From NCBI GenBank assembly GCA_965219415.1, contig CBDCNP010000001.1, positions 1-64,000 of the forward strand: DNA of 64,000 nucleotides, in the 5' to 3' direction. The notes under the pieces were generated by a model. The model worked only from the letters and a program-made list of their open reading frames with translations. It made no database searches and was not told the DNA's origin. Shown here one piece after another: positions 34,328 to 45,203 of this stretch. Made by a program: the position numbers and the translations under genes. Source of the stretch: Candidatus Marinacidobacterales bacterium (GTDB lineage Bacteria; Acidobacteriota; Vicinamibacteria; Marinacidobacterales; DATDRI01). How positions within the stretch are numbered: position 1 is the stretch's first letter; every line of letters starts with the position of its first letter.

Positions 34328-34728
34328 GTACCTCCACTACGATCCCGGGCGCATGACAGATGTGATCTCGCCATGACCATTACCTCGGGTTGTGTACGTC
34401 AAATTGTGCAGAAGCAGATTCATGGGTGCTTGCTCCATTTACTGTTGCGGGCTCGTCCACGTCGTCGTGCGAGGACGGCACTTATGCACAGCTTGGCGCA
34501 AGCTGAAGCCCGGTGATATTAGAATCTGATGTAACCTACTGCAATACAAAATCTTCCCCTTATGCGTCCCCGGCGCGTGGGTCTTGAGTATGTTTGTGTT
34601 TTTGGACACGACGCGATCGGCAAGTTGGTCGATGGAGATGTTGGTGTGTAGCCCTCGACCGCGCGAGCCGCTTCTCCCACACGTAGAAAAAGCTTCGAAC
34701 CAGGGACATCGACGAAATGCGGAGATGG

Positions 34729-35181
34729 CTAGTCGGTGCCGGACGCCTCGCTGTAGTCGCGGAGCATCTTCTTGAGCTCCATCTGGTGAAGCTCCTCTTG
34801 CCCGACCATGGTGCGCGCGAACTCCTCTAGGTAGATACTGGAATTCTCTACCGCTTCGAGGAGCTCGATATAGAGCTTCACAGCGTTTTTTTCGTGGTTC
34901 ACGCTTTCCTGGAGAATCGCTTTGAGCGAATGCTGAAAGGTCTCCTTGAGAGGTGCCACACTGAGCGATGGGTGGCCACCAAGGCCGGTCAGAATCTCAC
35001 CCACCTGTTGAGCATGGTCCAAGGACTCGGACGCCTGTGCCTTCATGAATTCCACGATCGGCAGCCGATTGGGGCCGGTCACCATGAGCGCATAATGCGT
35101 GTAGCGAACAACCCCCGCGAGCTCCTGCTCCAAGATCGTATTTAGTATTTTGACAGTCTTTTCGGTGTCGAGCTTTTCCAT
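34729..35181 (-). CDS. Ferritin-like / bacterioferritin family protein
   Basis: ELAGVVRY, ESLDH, HE, EELH di-iron ligands. Confidence 0.85.
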   Translation of the reverse strand: MEKLDTEKTVKILNTILEQELAGVVRYTHYALMVTGPNRLPIVEFMKAQASESLDHAQQVGEILTGLGGHPSLSVAPLKETFQHSLKAILQESVNHEKNAVKLYIELLEAVENSSIYLEEFARTMVGQEELHQMELKKMLRDYSEASGTD

Positions 35182-35213
35182 ACCCGCGCATTCTATCAAG
35201 TCCGGGGTCTTCC

Positions 35214-35426
35214 CGTCGTATCCGAAAACGCGAACGGAGCCGAAAGCTCGAATCCTGGAGGTGTTCTCGGAATTCGCGGAGACCAGCCGACGCAGCACTG
35301 GCGCTGCGATAGGCGACCCCGAGCAGATCTCTCCTCCAGACCATCCGTCCCGTCCAGCTTGCGTGCACGAACTCCTATGCGGCAGCGCGTGGGTCTTAGA
35401 GTTCGTTTGTATTCTTGGACACGACG
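35214..35426. mobile_element. B-family mini-element (right-end variant CGTCGTATCCGAAAAC plus B end)
   Basis: Imperfect inverted ends both starting CGTCGT. Confidence 0.65.
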
Positions 35427-35591
35427 CGTTCGCGTCATTCAGCGCTGCCGCGAGTTCCTCGCCTTTTAGCTGTGGTGCTTCGTCGATCATGTCGGTCGCC
35501 GATTCAGCCGGTTCGACCCGCGCCGATGAGGAAGCAGGCTTTACCGGACTTCCTGGATGAGCGATTCGACTCCGAATCTGTTGATGGGCAT

Positions 35592-35621
35592 TTGACTAAA
35601 TCCTAGCCTCTGCCCTATAGT
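35592..35621 (+). promoter_or_regulatory. Sigma70-type promoter
   Basis: TTGACT-N18-TATAGT. Confidence 0.6.
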
Positions 35622-35628
35622 CTCTCCT

Positions 35629-35739
35629 GCCAGAACAATCTACGGCTGGTCCGAAACCATCGGGCCACCCGCTGAATAGAACACCTATCCTTACCGGGAA
35701 ATAGGCGGGAACCTACAAGCAGTCGTAGGTTGTTCTGGC
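35629..35739 (+). ncRNA. Candidate structured RNA, family unassigned
   Basis: 20-bp closing stem with two G-U pairs, internal hairpins, starts 7 nt after the -10 box. Confidence 0.55.
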
Positions 35740-35790
35740 GAACGGCCCGGTGACCAATCAAAGTTGCCGGGAAGCCAGGAGAAATTTCAA

Positions 35791-36030
35791 ATGCCTAACC
35801 TGCGATCTGACGCATTCACAATTGCTCTCGTTTTCGCTGTTGGCTTGGCACTGGTGTTCGGCGCCCACCTATACGACCGTTCTCACGAGTTACCAACTGA
35901 GCCAATCATCAGTGCTGACGTCCAAGGCGTTGGGCAGCTCGATATAACCATCACGGCCATCGTGTATGTCGTGACGGCTCTAACCGTTTTGGTACTGGCT
36001 GGTGCGGCAATTACTGGTCGTCGAACATGA
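35791..36030 (+). CDS. Small two-TM membrane protein
   Basis: AGGAG RBS; two hydrophobic segments. Confidence 0.6.
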   Translation: MPNLRSDAFTIALVFAVGLALVFGAHLYDRSHELPTEPIISADVQGVGQLDITITAIVYVVTALTVLVLAGAAITGRRT

Positions 36031-36047
36031 GCCCAGTTGCACGTTAG

Positions 36048-36199
36048 TGAACCGCACCGGGTTTTCCGGAGACTGTTTTAGTTGAGTCTCGCCATCTCTA
36101 GCGAGCCTTCCTGCGACCGATAGTAGTTCATCTCGTACTCGACGGGGGAGACATTTCCGATCGGCTCCAAGAGTCGTTGCGTGTTGTACCAATGGACCC
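36048..36199 (-). pseudogene. IS3-family 3' end and right IR fragment
   Basis: WYNTQRLLEPIGNVSPVEYE; TGAACCGCACCGG end. Confidence 0.75.
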
Positions 36200-37412
36200 C
36201 GTCCTGTGCCAAAACTCGGCCCTTTTGAAATAGGCCATAAATCAGCAACTTAGTGTCTGTGTTTGCGACCGGGCCAAGGGCCGTGGGCTTTACAATCGTC
36301 TTGGGCGGGCGGGTCGTCACCATGCAGATGACCACCTCGTCCTGTGCCAAAACTCGGCCCTTTAGAAATAGACCACAAATCAGCAGCTTAGACGCCCTTG
36401 GAATCCCGCGCAGAATCCAGGGTATTTCGCGCCGCAGGGCTGACTTCCGACCCATGGGCTGGCGGATGAATAAATAGAAGGCACAGGGCAAATATCTCGC
36501 AGCGCTGCCATCCCGGTCGGCCTCGGATTGATGCCGAGATTTGTCGCGTCGTCCGCACGATGGCGCAAGACGGCTGGGGGGCGCCACGCATCCATGCTGA
36601 GCTCACCAAGCTCGGTTTCATCATCTCCGAGAGCACGGTGTCGCGATACCTGCCGCGGCGTCCCGCGGAGCCCGACCAGCTGAAACGATGGATGGCTTTC
36701 TTGCGCAACCATAAAGACGATATCGCCGCCATGGATCTGTTCACCGTGCCCACCGCGTCGCTCCGGCTGCTGTACGGCTTCTTCGTCATCGAGCACGGTC
36801 GCCGGCACATCGTTCACTTCAACGCCACGTTCCACCCGACGTCTGCTTGGGTTATTCAGCAACTACGCGAGGCGTTTCCCTACGACACCGCTCCGAGATA
36901 TCTCATCTTCGATCGCGACTTCATCTTTAACACTGCGGTCATCGAGTTCATCAAGGCAACGGGCACAAAACCCGTTCGCACTTCGTTTCGCAGCCCATGG
37001 CAAAACGGAACCGCGGAGCGGTGGGTCGGCAGCTGCCGTCGCGAGCTCCTTGAGCACGTCGTGGTTCTCGGTGCATGTCATCTCATCCGGCTCGTGCGAG
37101 CTTACATCAGCTACTATCATGAGGACCGTTGCCACTTGGGGCTGAACAAGGACACACCGAGCTTGAGAACGGTCACGCACCGACCGTCTCCTACGGCGAA
37201 AGTAGTCGCACTGCCGCGAGTCGGTGGACTGCACCATCGATACGAGTGGCGAGAGGCAGCCTGAGTCCGCTTGGTCGCTCGCGTTACTCGGCTGGTCGCC
37301 GAGAAGTTCGTCCTCAGCACCTTCCCTCGCGCGCTGACCACGCTCTCCAGCATGTGCTCGAGGGCGGTCCGGGCCCTAGAGTCCAGTCCCGGATTAATAA
37401 TGATGATGGACA
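36200..37412 (+). mobile_element. A right end, A-D hybrid (36338-36485), then 5'-truncated D-type rve transposase (to 37264) and its right end
   Basis: WGAPRIHAEL, AMDLFTV, LIFDRD, NGTAERWV; end GGATTAATAATGATGATGGACA resembles an inverted D end. Confidence 0.85.
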
Positions 37413-37487
37413 GGGAACGGGTCAGCCGGTCGACCTTGTAGACCACCACGGATTCTGCGCGGATTCTGGAGGGCTGGGCTGGTCGCC

Positions 37488-38579
37488 CTATTCTCTCGGT
37501 GACGACTTCTGCTTCTTCTTCGCCCTGGCCTTGGCCTCTCTCTCGGCCAAGATCCGGCGAGCGGCCTCATTAACCTCCTCTACAGTCGGCCCCTCATCTG
37601 CTGCTCGGATTCCCTCTGCGGGCTGGATAAATCGCTCCAGTCTCTTCTGCAGCTCCTTGCGACGCTCCGGGACCAGATACGGGTACTCCTTGGCAAAGTG
37701 GTCGTACGTCGTCTGGTCTCTCTCCGAGAGTTTTTTGCCATCGGCTTTGGCTTTCTCGGCCTTCTCGAAGATCTCGATAGCGCTCTTTCGGAGTGTTCTT
37801 TCTACCACCAGTCGGATTTCGGCCTGGCTCGGCGATGTGGCCGGATCCGCGATTTCTCGCGGGTCCAAGACAAAGCGATTGTACTTTCGCTTAGCCATTC
37901 TTACTCCTCTTCCTGCGCGAGCCGCATTCGCTTTGGCCTGTGCCTCGGCAGCAGTCCGAAGGGCAACCGCATTGATCTCTGCGGTCGTGGGGCCCTCCTT
38001 CGGTGTCAACTTCTGCTTCTGCTTCTTCTTCGTCCTAGCCTTGGCCCCTGTCTCGGCCAGAACCCGGCGAGCGGCCTCGTTGACCTCCTCTGTGGTCGGC
38101 CCCTCACCTGCCGCCCGGATTCCCTCCGCGGGCTGGATGAATCGCTCCAGCCGCTTCTGCAGCTCCTTGCGGCGCTCCGGGACCAGATACGGGTACTCCT
38201 TGGCAAAGTGGTCGTACCGATCCTGGTCTCTCTTCGATAGCTTCTTGCCACTGGACTTCGCCTTTTCGGCTTTCTCGAAGATATCAAGCGCACTTTTCCG
38301 AAGTGTTCTTTCGACCGCCATCCGGATTTCGGCCTGGCTCGGCGATGTGGCCGGATCCGCGATTTCTCGCGGGTCCAAGACAAAGCGATTGTACTTTCGC
38401 TTAGCCATTCTTACTCCTCTTCCTGCGCTTGCCGCATTCGCTTTGGCCTGTGCCTCGGCAGCAGTCCGAAGGGCAACCGCATTGATTTCTGCGGTCGTGG
38501 GGCCTTCCTTCGGCAAGCGGATCTCCTCGGCTCGTCCCCCATGGCCTCCCAGATCCGTTTGGCCGACACAACTGAGCAC
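37488..38579 (-). CDS. Basic repeat protein built from a 510-bp tandem duplication; start uncertain
   Basis: Two 170-aa units (TTAGCCATTC at 37891 and 38401). Confidence 0.55.
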   Translation of the reverse strand: MLSCVGQTDLGGHGGRAEEIRLPKEGPTTAEINAVALRTAAEAQAKANAASAGRGVRMAKRKYNRFVLDPREIADPATSPSQAEIRMAVERTLRKSALDIFEKAEKAKSSGKKLSKRDQDRYDHFAKEYPYLVPERRKELQKRLERFIQPAEGIRAAGEGPTTEEVNEAARRVLAETGAKARTKKKQKQKLTPKEGPTTAEINAVALRTAAEAQAKANAARAGRGVRMAKRKYNRFVLDPREIADPATSPSQAEIRLVVERTLRKSAIEIFEKAEKAKADGKKLSERDQTTYDHFAKEYPYLVPERRKELQKRLERFIQPAEGIRAADEGPTVEEVNEAARRILAEREAKARAKKKQKSSPRE

Positions 38580-38612
38580 GACGCCGCTGGCCTTGAATCA
38601 ATTGGCCTTGAA

Positions 38613-38847
38613 TCAATCCGCTGGCGACACACTGATCAGCTTGTCCAGACGCTCGAGCAGTGTTTCGTAGTCTTGCACCCACGAGGAGATCGCTTCGGCC
38701 GTAGCCGCCGGCAACGCCATTCGCCCCGCCAGGTCGTCGAGATACTGCCGTTCTTCAGCGCTCATCTCATCATCGACAAGAGCCAGCGTGACGGCATCGC
38801 GATAGACGAGAACCCGTGTGGCCCACGGGAGCGCCGACAAGTCATCG
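38613..38847 (-). pseudogene. TerB-like C-terminal fragment
   Basis: AVTLALVDDEMSAEERQYLDDLAGRMAL. Confidence 0.6.
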
Positions 38848-39013
38848 GGTGCTTCCGCCATTAAGTGTTGGTGAGATGACGCTAAGACTCTGCGATGCAT
38901 TAAATTACAGCCAAAATAGCGCTCGTGACTTTCGCTGCGCGCTAAATGGAGCGTATGCACATCTTTTGCAAAGGGATGCGCACACATCACCAACAGTAAA
39001 TAGCGCAAGCACC
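38848..39013 (+). mobile_element. 166-bp IS1-derived MITE
   Basis: Full-length copy joining two unrelated gene fragments. Confidence 0.9.
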
Positions 39014-40146
39014 CATCGTGGGACGTCGGCCCGTACGCCGTGCAGGGCTTCGTCTCCGGCTCCAACGGCTTTCCCGGATTTCCCGACTATACGGCCGGCA
39101 CCTGGACCCGCAGCAACGTCGCACTCTACGGCGACGTCGAGCTGCGGGACCCCGATGACCGGTGGACGGTCGGCGGTGCTGTCAGGTTCGAGCACTTCGA
39201 CATCTTCGGCGCCACAACGAACGGCAAGCTGTCAGCCCGCTACGGACTGGGCGACGCCGTCTCGGTGCGTGGCGGCGTGAGCACCGGGTTCCGCGCGCCG
39301 ACGCCCGGCCAGCAGAACACGCTCAACGTACAGACGACTATCGACCCTGAGACACTGGAACTGGTTGACAGCGCCAACGTGCCGTCCACCTTCAGGGCCG
39401 CGGAGTTGCGGGGCGGCCAGCCGCTCCAGCCCGAGACGTCGTTCAACTCGACGGTCGGGCTGGTCGTCGATACCGGGCCGTTCACGTTGACCGCCGACTA
39501 CTTCCGCGTCGATGTCTCCAATCGCCTCGCCCTGTCGCAGACCTTCACGCTCACGACGGACGAACGCGCGCTCCTTCTGTCAGAAGGTATCACCTCGGCG
39601 GGCACTCTGGCCTTCTTCCGGTTCTTCATCAACGACTTCTCGAGCCGGACTCAGGGGATCGACCTCGTCTCGACCTACACTCCAACCGCATTCGCCGGCG
39701 ACACGGTCTTCAGCGTCACCATGAACTACACCGACACGGCGGTGACGAAGGAATCGGACCTGCTCGGCCCCGGCGATATTCTTGGCCTGACGCGAGGCGT
39801 GCCCAAGACCCGCTGGAACGTCGCCCTCAGCCAGCGCGTCGGGCGGGTGGGCCTGCTCGGCCGCCTGAACTATTACGGCTCCTGGGTCGACCACTTCGAC
39901 GCACGGTTCGTCCGCGGCCCGGCCGCGCCGGTTCTGGACGGCCGGTACATCGTCGACCTTGAGGCCAGCATCCCACTCGCCAACGAGGTGACGCTGGCGG
40001 TCGGTGGCCAAAACATATTTGACGTCTTCTCGGACCGGATGGACCTTTTCGCTGCCGAGTTCGGCCTCCCCTACAGCCAGTTCACGCCTTGGGGTTTAAG
40101 TGGCGGGTACTACTACGCCCGCATCAACTACCAGTGGGGCCACTAG
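39014..40146 (+). pseudogene. TonB-dependent receptor, C-terminal barrel fragment
   Basis: RFEHF, STGFRAPT, LQPETS, GGQNIFD, YYARINYQW. Confidence 0.9.
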
Positions 40147-40373
40147 CTGCCATCACGGCCGATTCTTTCACTGTCCTTGGGGATACAGAGCCGGGCGAGG
40201 TTCCCGCCTAATCGACTTCTAGGCACCAGCCCTGAGCTAGTCTCGTGGGGGCTTCTTGGTCGTGCGACGGGCAGAATGAGAGGGGCGTTGCGCGTCGCGT
40301 CCGGGCGCCAAAACTCGGCCCTTTTGAAATAGACCATAAATCAGCAGCTTAGTGTCTGTGTTTGCGACCGGCG

Positions 40374-40510
40374 GTAGGGTTGAGGGCTGGCGCGGTGCTC
40401 CGTAGGCGCGGCCTGTCTGTTTCTCCCCGTTTCCTGTGGGAGTGCCTCACTAGCCGCACCGTAAGTCCGTTTCCAACCCCCGCCACATCGCACGCAGCGT
40501 GCGGCTTTCC
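40374..40510 (-). ncRNA. Group II intron remnant (3' part of domain V plus domain VI)
   Basis: Minus strand GGAAAGCCGCACGCTGCGTGCGATGTGGCGGGGG ... ACCGCGCCAGCCCTCAACCCTAC. Confidence 0.75.
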
Positions 40511-41350
40511 CGTTCTGTGCCAAAACTCGGCCCAGCCGGCATCGACGAAAGAACTGCGCCTCTTGAAATCAGGCTAAAACTCTAGCACGCGAACAGGTTA
40601 CGCGGCGACCGCCAACACTTGACTGCGGAAGCACCCATCGGTGGATCGGTTGCGTGTCCTTCATCATCATCATAGTCGGCACCCTGAGCATCAGCAGGGG
40701 AACCGTCCGGCGCAGCGGGCTTCTGGTCAGGCTCCTTCGTTGTCCTCCGCCGTGATTCGCGTCCTGTCCAAAAATACAAACGAACTCAAGATCAGACCCA
40801 AAATGGCCCCGAATTGCCTGTTTTTCGGTGCTTGCGCTGTTTACTGTTGGTGATGTGTACGCATCCCTTTGCAAAAGAGGCGCTTACGCTCCATTTAGCA
40901 CGCAGCGAAGGTCACGAATGCTATTTTGGCTGTAATTTAATGCACCGTAGGGTCTTAGCGTCATCTCACCAACACTTAATGGCGGAAGCACCGGTCACGC
41001 TGTAGCCAACCAGCGATGGCGACGACCAACAAGGTCAAGGGCTGGACCGGCGTGCTCATGACCGAGGATTCTAGCTCCCATTGGCCAACTAAGCGTAGAC
41101 ACGTTTATTACGAAACGTCCGGGCGAGCCGGTCTTGAGTTCGTTTGTGTTTTTGGACACGACGCGATAGCCGCCTGTTGGTCACGCTGGATCCAACCAGC
41201 GATAGCGACTAGCAACAGTGTCAAGGGCTGGATCGGCGTCCTCATGACCGGGGATTCTAGCTTCCATTGGCGAACCAAGCCTAGGCGCCTCTAATCCGAA
41301 ACGCCCCGGCGCGCGGGGTCTTGAGTTCGTTTGTATTTTTGGACACGACG
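40511..41350. mobile_element. End pile-up: composite 40511-40758, B end 40760, MITE 40827-40992, two tandem B-family left ends with transposase stubs (to 41163 and 41350)
   Basis: End motifs read directly; stubs homologous to 52480-52665. Confidence 0.85.
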
Positions 41351-41358
41351 ACAACTAT

Positions 41359-42606
41359 GTGATACAGCATATCGCTCCGGTGGGCAAGCTCGCGGCGACA
41401 CTCCGAAGCCTAGGTCCCGGCCTTCTCGTGACCGCAGCCTTCATCGGTCCGGGAACCATCGTTACCTCCTCACGCGCCGGGGCACGCTACGGCTTCGCGT
41501 TGCTCTGGGCCGTCGTCTTCTCGGTCATCGCTACTGCCGTTCTGCAGGAAATGGCCGCTCGCCTGGGGATCGTCCGCCGCTCGGGACTGAGCGACGCAAT
41601 CCGTCAGAGCTTTCGTCGACCACTCCTGCGCTACGCGGCACTCGGGCTGGTGGCGCTCGCCATTACGGTTGGCAACGCCGCCTACGAGGCGGGAAACCTG
41701 CTCGGCGCCTCGCTGGGGCTCGAGCTGACGCTCGGCTGGACACCCAGAGCCTGGGCGGTCGTGATCGCGGTCGCTGCGACCGTCCTCCTCGGCTCGGGCA
41801 CCTATCGCGTGATACAGAGCGTCTTGGTGGCGCTGGTCGTGGTCATGAGTGCCGTGTTCCTCTTCACCGCGGTCATGGTCGGGCCCGCTCCGGGAGAGCT
41901 CCTCGAGGGCATGCTGGTCCCGCAGATCCCAGCCGGCTCGCTCGTCACCATCATCGCCCTCATCGGAACCACCGTGGTCCCGTACAACCTCTTTCTGCAC
42001 GCGAGCGCCGTTCAGGAGAAGTGGTCCTCGGAGGTTCCGGCCGACGAAGCCCTCCCGGCCGCTCGGCTCGATACATATTTGTCCGTGACCCTCGGAGGTG
42101 CGGTGACGCTTGCGATCGTCGTGACCGCCACACCACTTTTTGGCCGAGGCATCGAACAGGCCGACGCACTCATGGTGACGGGGGTACTCGAGCCCATCCT
42201 AGGCTCCGCCGCGAAAACGTTCTTTGGCCTCGGCCTCTTCGCCGCCGGCCTCACCAGTGCGATCACAGCACCTCTGGCAGCGGCCTATGCGACGACGGGC
42301 GCGCTCGGCATGGACCGCGACATGAGGTCCACCGCCTTTCGCAGCGTATGGATCCTGGTCATCGTCGTCGGTGTCGCCTTGTCGCTCTCGGGCGGCAGCC
42401 CCACCGAAGCCATCCTCCTCGCGCAGGCTGCGAACGGGCTCCTGCTGCCGCTCATCGCCATCTTCCTGCTCGTCGTCGTGAACGACCGGTCACTGCTCGG
42501 GCGCCATCGGAACAGATGGTTTGCCAACCTGCTCGCGGGCACAGTGGTGCTCGTCGTCATTGGGCTGGGAGCGTTCCAGCTGTTGCGCGTGTCCGGCGTC
42601 GTTTGA
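41359..42606 (+). CDS. NRAMP-family divalent metal transporter
   Basis: LGPGLLVTAAFIGPGT, LQEMAARLG, IGTTVVPYNLFLHA. Confidence 0.92.
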   Translation: MIQHIAPVGKLAATLRSLGPGLLVTAAFIGPGTIVTSSRAGARYGFALLWAVVFSVIATAVLQEMAARLGIVRRSGLSDAIRQSFRRPLLRYAALGLVALAITVGNAAYEAGNLLGASLGLELTLGWTPRAWAVVIAVAATVLLGSGTYRVIQSVLVALVVVMSAVFLFTAVMVGPAPGELLEGMLVPQIPAGSLVTIIALIGTTVVPYNLFLHASAVQEKWSSEVPADEALPAARLDTYLSVTLGGAVTLAIVVTATPLFGRGIEQADALMVTGVLEPILGSAAKTFFGLGLFAAGLTSAITAPLAAAYATTGALGMDRDMRSTAFRSVWILVIVVGVALSLSGGSPTEAILLAQAANGLLLPLIAIFLLVVVNDRSLLGRHRNRWFANLLAGTVVLVVIGLGAFQLLRVSGVV

Positions 42607-42764
42607 GTTGTTTTCGCGTCTTCCTGGCAGCGGTTCTAGCCCAGATCGCCTGCATACGGGCTGTCGTCCGCAAAAAAGAAGTCGCAAACTCGCTGCGACA
42701 GAACCGGGAGGGCGATGCTCGTGAAATCGATCTCGAGGCGTCGTTGATGTCTGAACTCTCTTCC

Positions 42765-43250
42765 TGTCCTGTGCCAAAACTCGGCCCTTTTGAAATAGGC
42801 CATAAATCAGCAGCTTAGTGTCTGTGTTTGCGACCGGGCCAAGGGCCGTAGGCTTTACAATCGTCTGTCCCGAGGGTGTTATCTTCAGCTCCATGATGAC
42901 GTACCACGCGCAATTCCTACTGCTCGTTGTGGCTGGCTGGGTCAACCGCCAGCAGCAGGATGTGTCGACTACCTTTGCAAGAGGAGAACCGCGTCCTGTG
43001 CCAAAACTCGGCCCTGGACTTGACCCGCTTTCGTGGACACCTAATCCTTTGGGAGACAGGAGTCCACGATGTCAAAGCAGGGAAACAGATACGCGGCCGA
43101 ATTCCGGCGCCAAATGGTAGAGCTGGTGCGAGCTGGCCGCGGCTCCGAAGAGCTGGCGCGAGAGTTTGAGCCCTCGGGCCAGACGATCCGGAACTGGGTG
43201 AACCAGGCGGATCTCGACGAGGGTCGCAGGCAGGACGGTCTGACGAGTGA
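42765..43250 (+). mobile_element. Nested stubs: A left end, second A tip (42992), IS3 left end plus truncated orfA (43015-43250)
   Basis: Identity to other copies in the window. Confidence 0.88.
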
Positions 43251-44361
43251 GGTGCTTCCGCCATCAAGTGTTGCTACGCGGCTGCGGGCAGTGGTACAGG
43301 TGCGGAAGAGACCGGGTTGCGCGCCCTACTGAGCAGGAAAACCTCGATCCGCGACCACAAAGGAATCGTCGTCGCCAAGAAGATGTCTCGAAAGGTGAGC
43401 CGTCGCGTGGTGAGACCGGCCTGCATAGCCGGAGTTCGGATCTCACGTCCGAACTTCAGAGCTCCGTGCGGTCGGACGAAGTTGTAATAGCAACGGAGCA
43501 ACTCCAGATGCTCATCGAGCCTCTCCGTCGAGCGAGCGTGGGAAAGCGTTCGTCTCGAAAGGTATGCCGAGCTTTGCCGGATGGTCAGATTCAACCGCTC
43601 GATGAACGACGTGTTCATCGTTCCTGCGCGTTTTTAGGACCTGGCCGTAGAGACACGCTGGACCGAAGAAGCGACGGATGACCTTCTGGTAGAATTCGAA
43701 TCCATCCGTGACGATCAAGGGAAGACGCTCGAAATTCATCCGCCTCGAAAGGTCGCGAAACAGAGCGTGAGTGTTCCGGTAGCTTCGCCTTCCCGTCACC
43801 GTCGATGGCCAGAGCCGAGACCAGACCTCGATCGTAACGAAGACCCAACTCGGCGTCTTCTTGTTGCCCGCGAACGTGCGAATCTCGTCGGCTTGAAGCT
43901 CTTCGGCAGCGAAGCCCGCGATCCTTCTGTGATTGAATCGACGACACACTTGGGCTGCCTTCTCGAGCCAGCGGGCGACGGTGTTCCAGGCAATCCCTTT
44001 GATCCGGGAAATCGCGGAAATGCTGACACCCTCGACTCTGAGAGCGATGACCCCATCGAAAGTAGCTCTTCGATGTTGGAGACGGTAGTAGGGCGTGCCT
44101 TTCGTCGAGGAGAACGTCTTTCCGCACTCGCCGCACCGGTATCGACGGCGTTTCCCGGACCTCGTTCTGTAGAATCCGTGGCGAACGATGTTTCCGGAAC
44201 TGACTTTGCCCCGCAACGGACATGCGAGATTGAGACATCTGCGATTCTTCACTTTGGCTCGGCCCTGACGATGAGAGAACTGTGTCTTCGGAATTCTGGT
44301 TCAAACTCTAGCACGCAGACCGGTTAGGGGCTGGCCGCCAACACTTAATTGCGGAAGCACC
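43251..44361 (-). mobile_element. IS1-family insertion sequence, second copy with an internal deletion near 43617
   Basis: Both IRs present; about 90 bp shorter than 26241-27441. Confidence 0.9.
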
Positions 44362-44945
44362 CCGCGCTCAGCCTTTCTGTACCCCAGCTCATCACGAATG
44401 CCGTGAAGGCCGAGCGGGAAGGGGTGGATGGAATCGTCGTCAACTGCATGGCCGATCCCGGCGTGCGGGAGATGCGCGAGAATGTTGCCATCCCGGTGCT
44501 CGGGCCCGGCCAAACCTCGATGCATGTGGCCACCTTGGTGGGGCGACGGTTTAGTCTCCTGGTGACCAGCGAGTTCTCTGCGCGTTATTTCGAGGAACAG
44601 GCGGAGAAGGTAGGGCTGGGCGCGCGGCTTGCATCCTGCGAAGTAGTTGGTATTCCGCCCGATGAGATAGGGGCCGATCCGGGACGAACCACAGCTTTAC
44701 TGGTCGAAGCGGCCCGGAGAGCGATCTGCGGAGCGAATGCTGACACGCTGGTGCTTTGCTGCACGGGGTTCGCGTTTCTTGCCAGAGATCTCCGGAAGAA
44801 ACTAGAGGCCATGAAGTTGAGCGTGCCCCTCATCGACCCGCTTGCCGTCACCATCCATACACTGGCGGTTCTCCTGGATGCCGGGCTCACCCACAGCCGA
44901 GTCGCTTACCCCGGTATTCGTGCGTCCCTGACCTCCAAAACATAG
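44362..44945 (+). pseudogene. Asp/Glu/hydantoin racemase family protein, 5'-truncated
   Basis: IVVNCMADPG, LVLCCTG, PLIDP. Confidence 0.85.
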
Positions 44946-45203
44946 GGCCGGAAGCAAAAAAGCCAGCCCTTTCGGGCCGGTGCTGTGATCCGCAAAAAAG
45001 AAGATCGCGCATATCAGGGCGTCACTGCCACTTGTGAGCGACGGTGCCGCCCTGCCCTTCTTTCTGCGCCCGTGTGCCCGTCTTCATCCACGCGCTCAAA
45101 CGGCTGTATCGTTGAACCACAGATGGGCTTGGATCTCGTCCTGTGGAACGCCCTCGCCGGGCGATGTCGTACTGTGCCAAAAGATGAATAGATAGAAGGC
45201 GCA

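Noticed and set aside
38843-39018. Apparent 5-bp TSD CATCG around a MITE
   Set aside because: The flanks belong to different genes on opposite strands, and other copies lack TSDs; probably chance or target bias.
24526-42818. Long alternative-frame or antisense ORFs (24526-25527, 37129-38670, 41331-42818)
   Set aside because: Shadows of real genes in GC-rich DNA, with no recognisable motifs.
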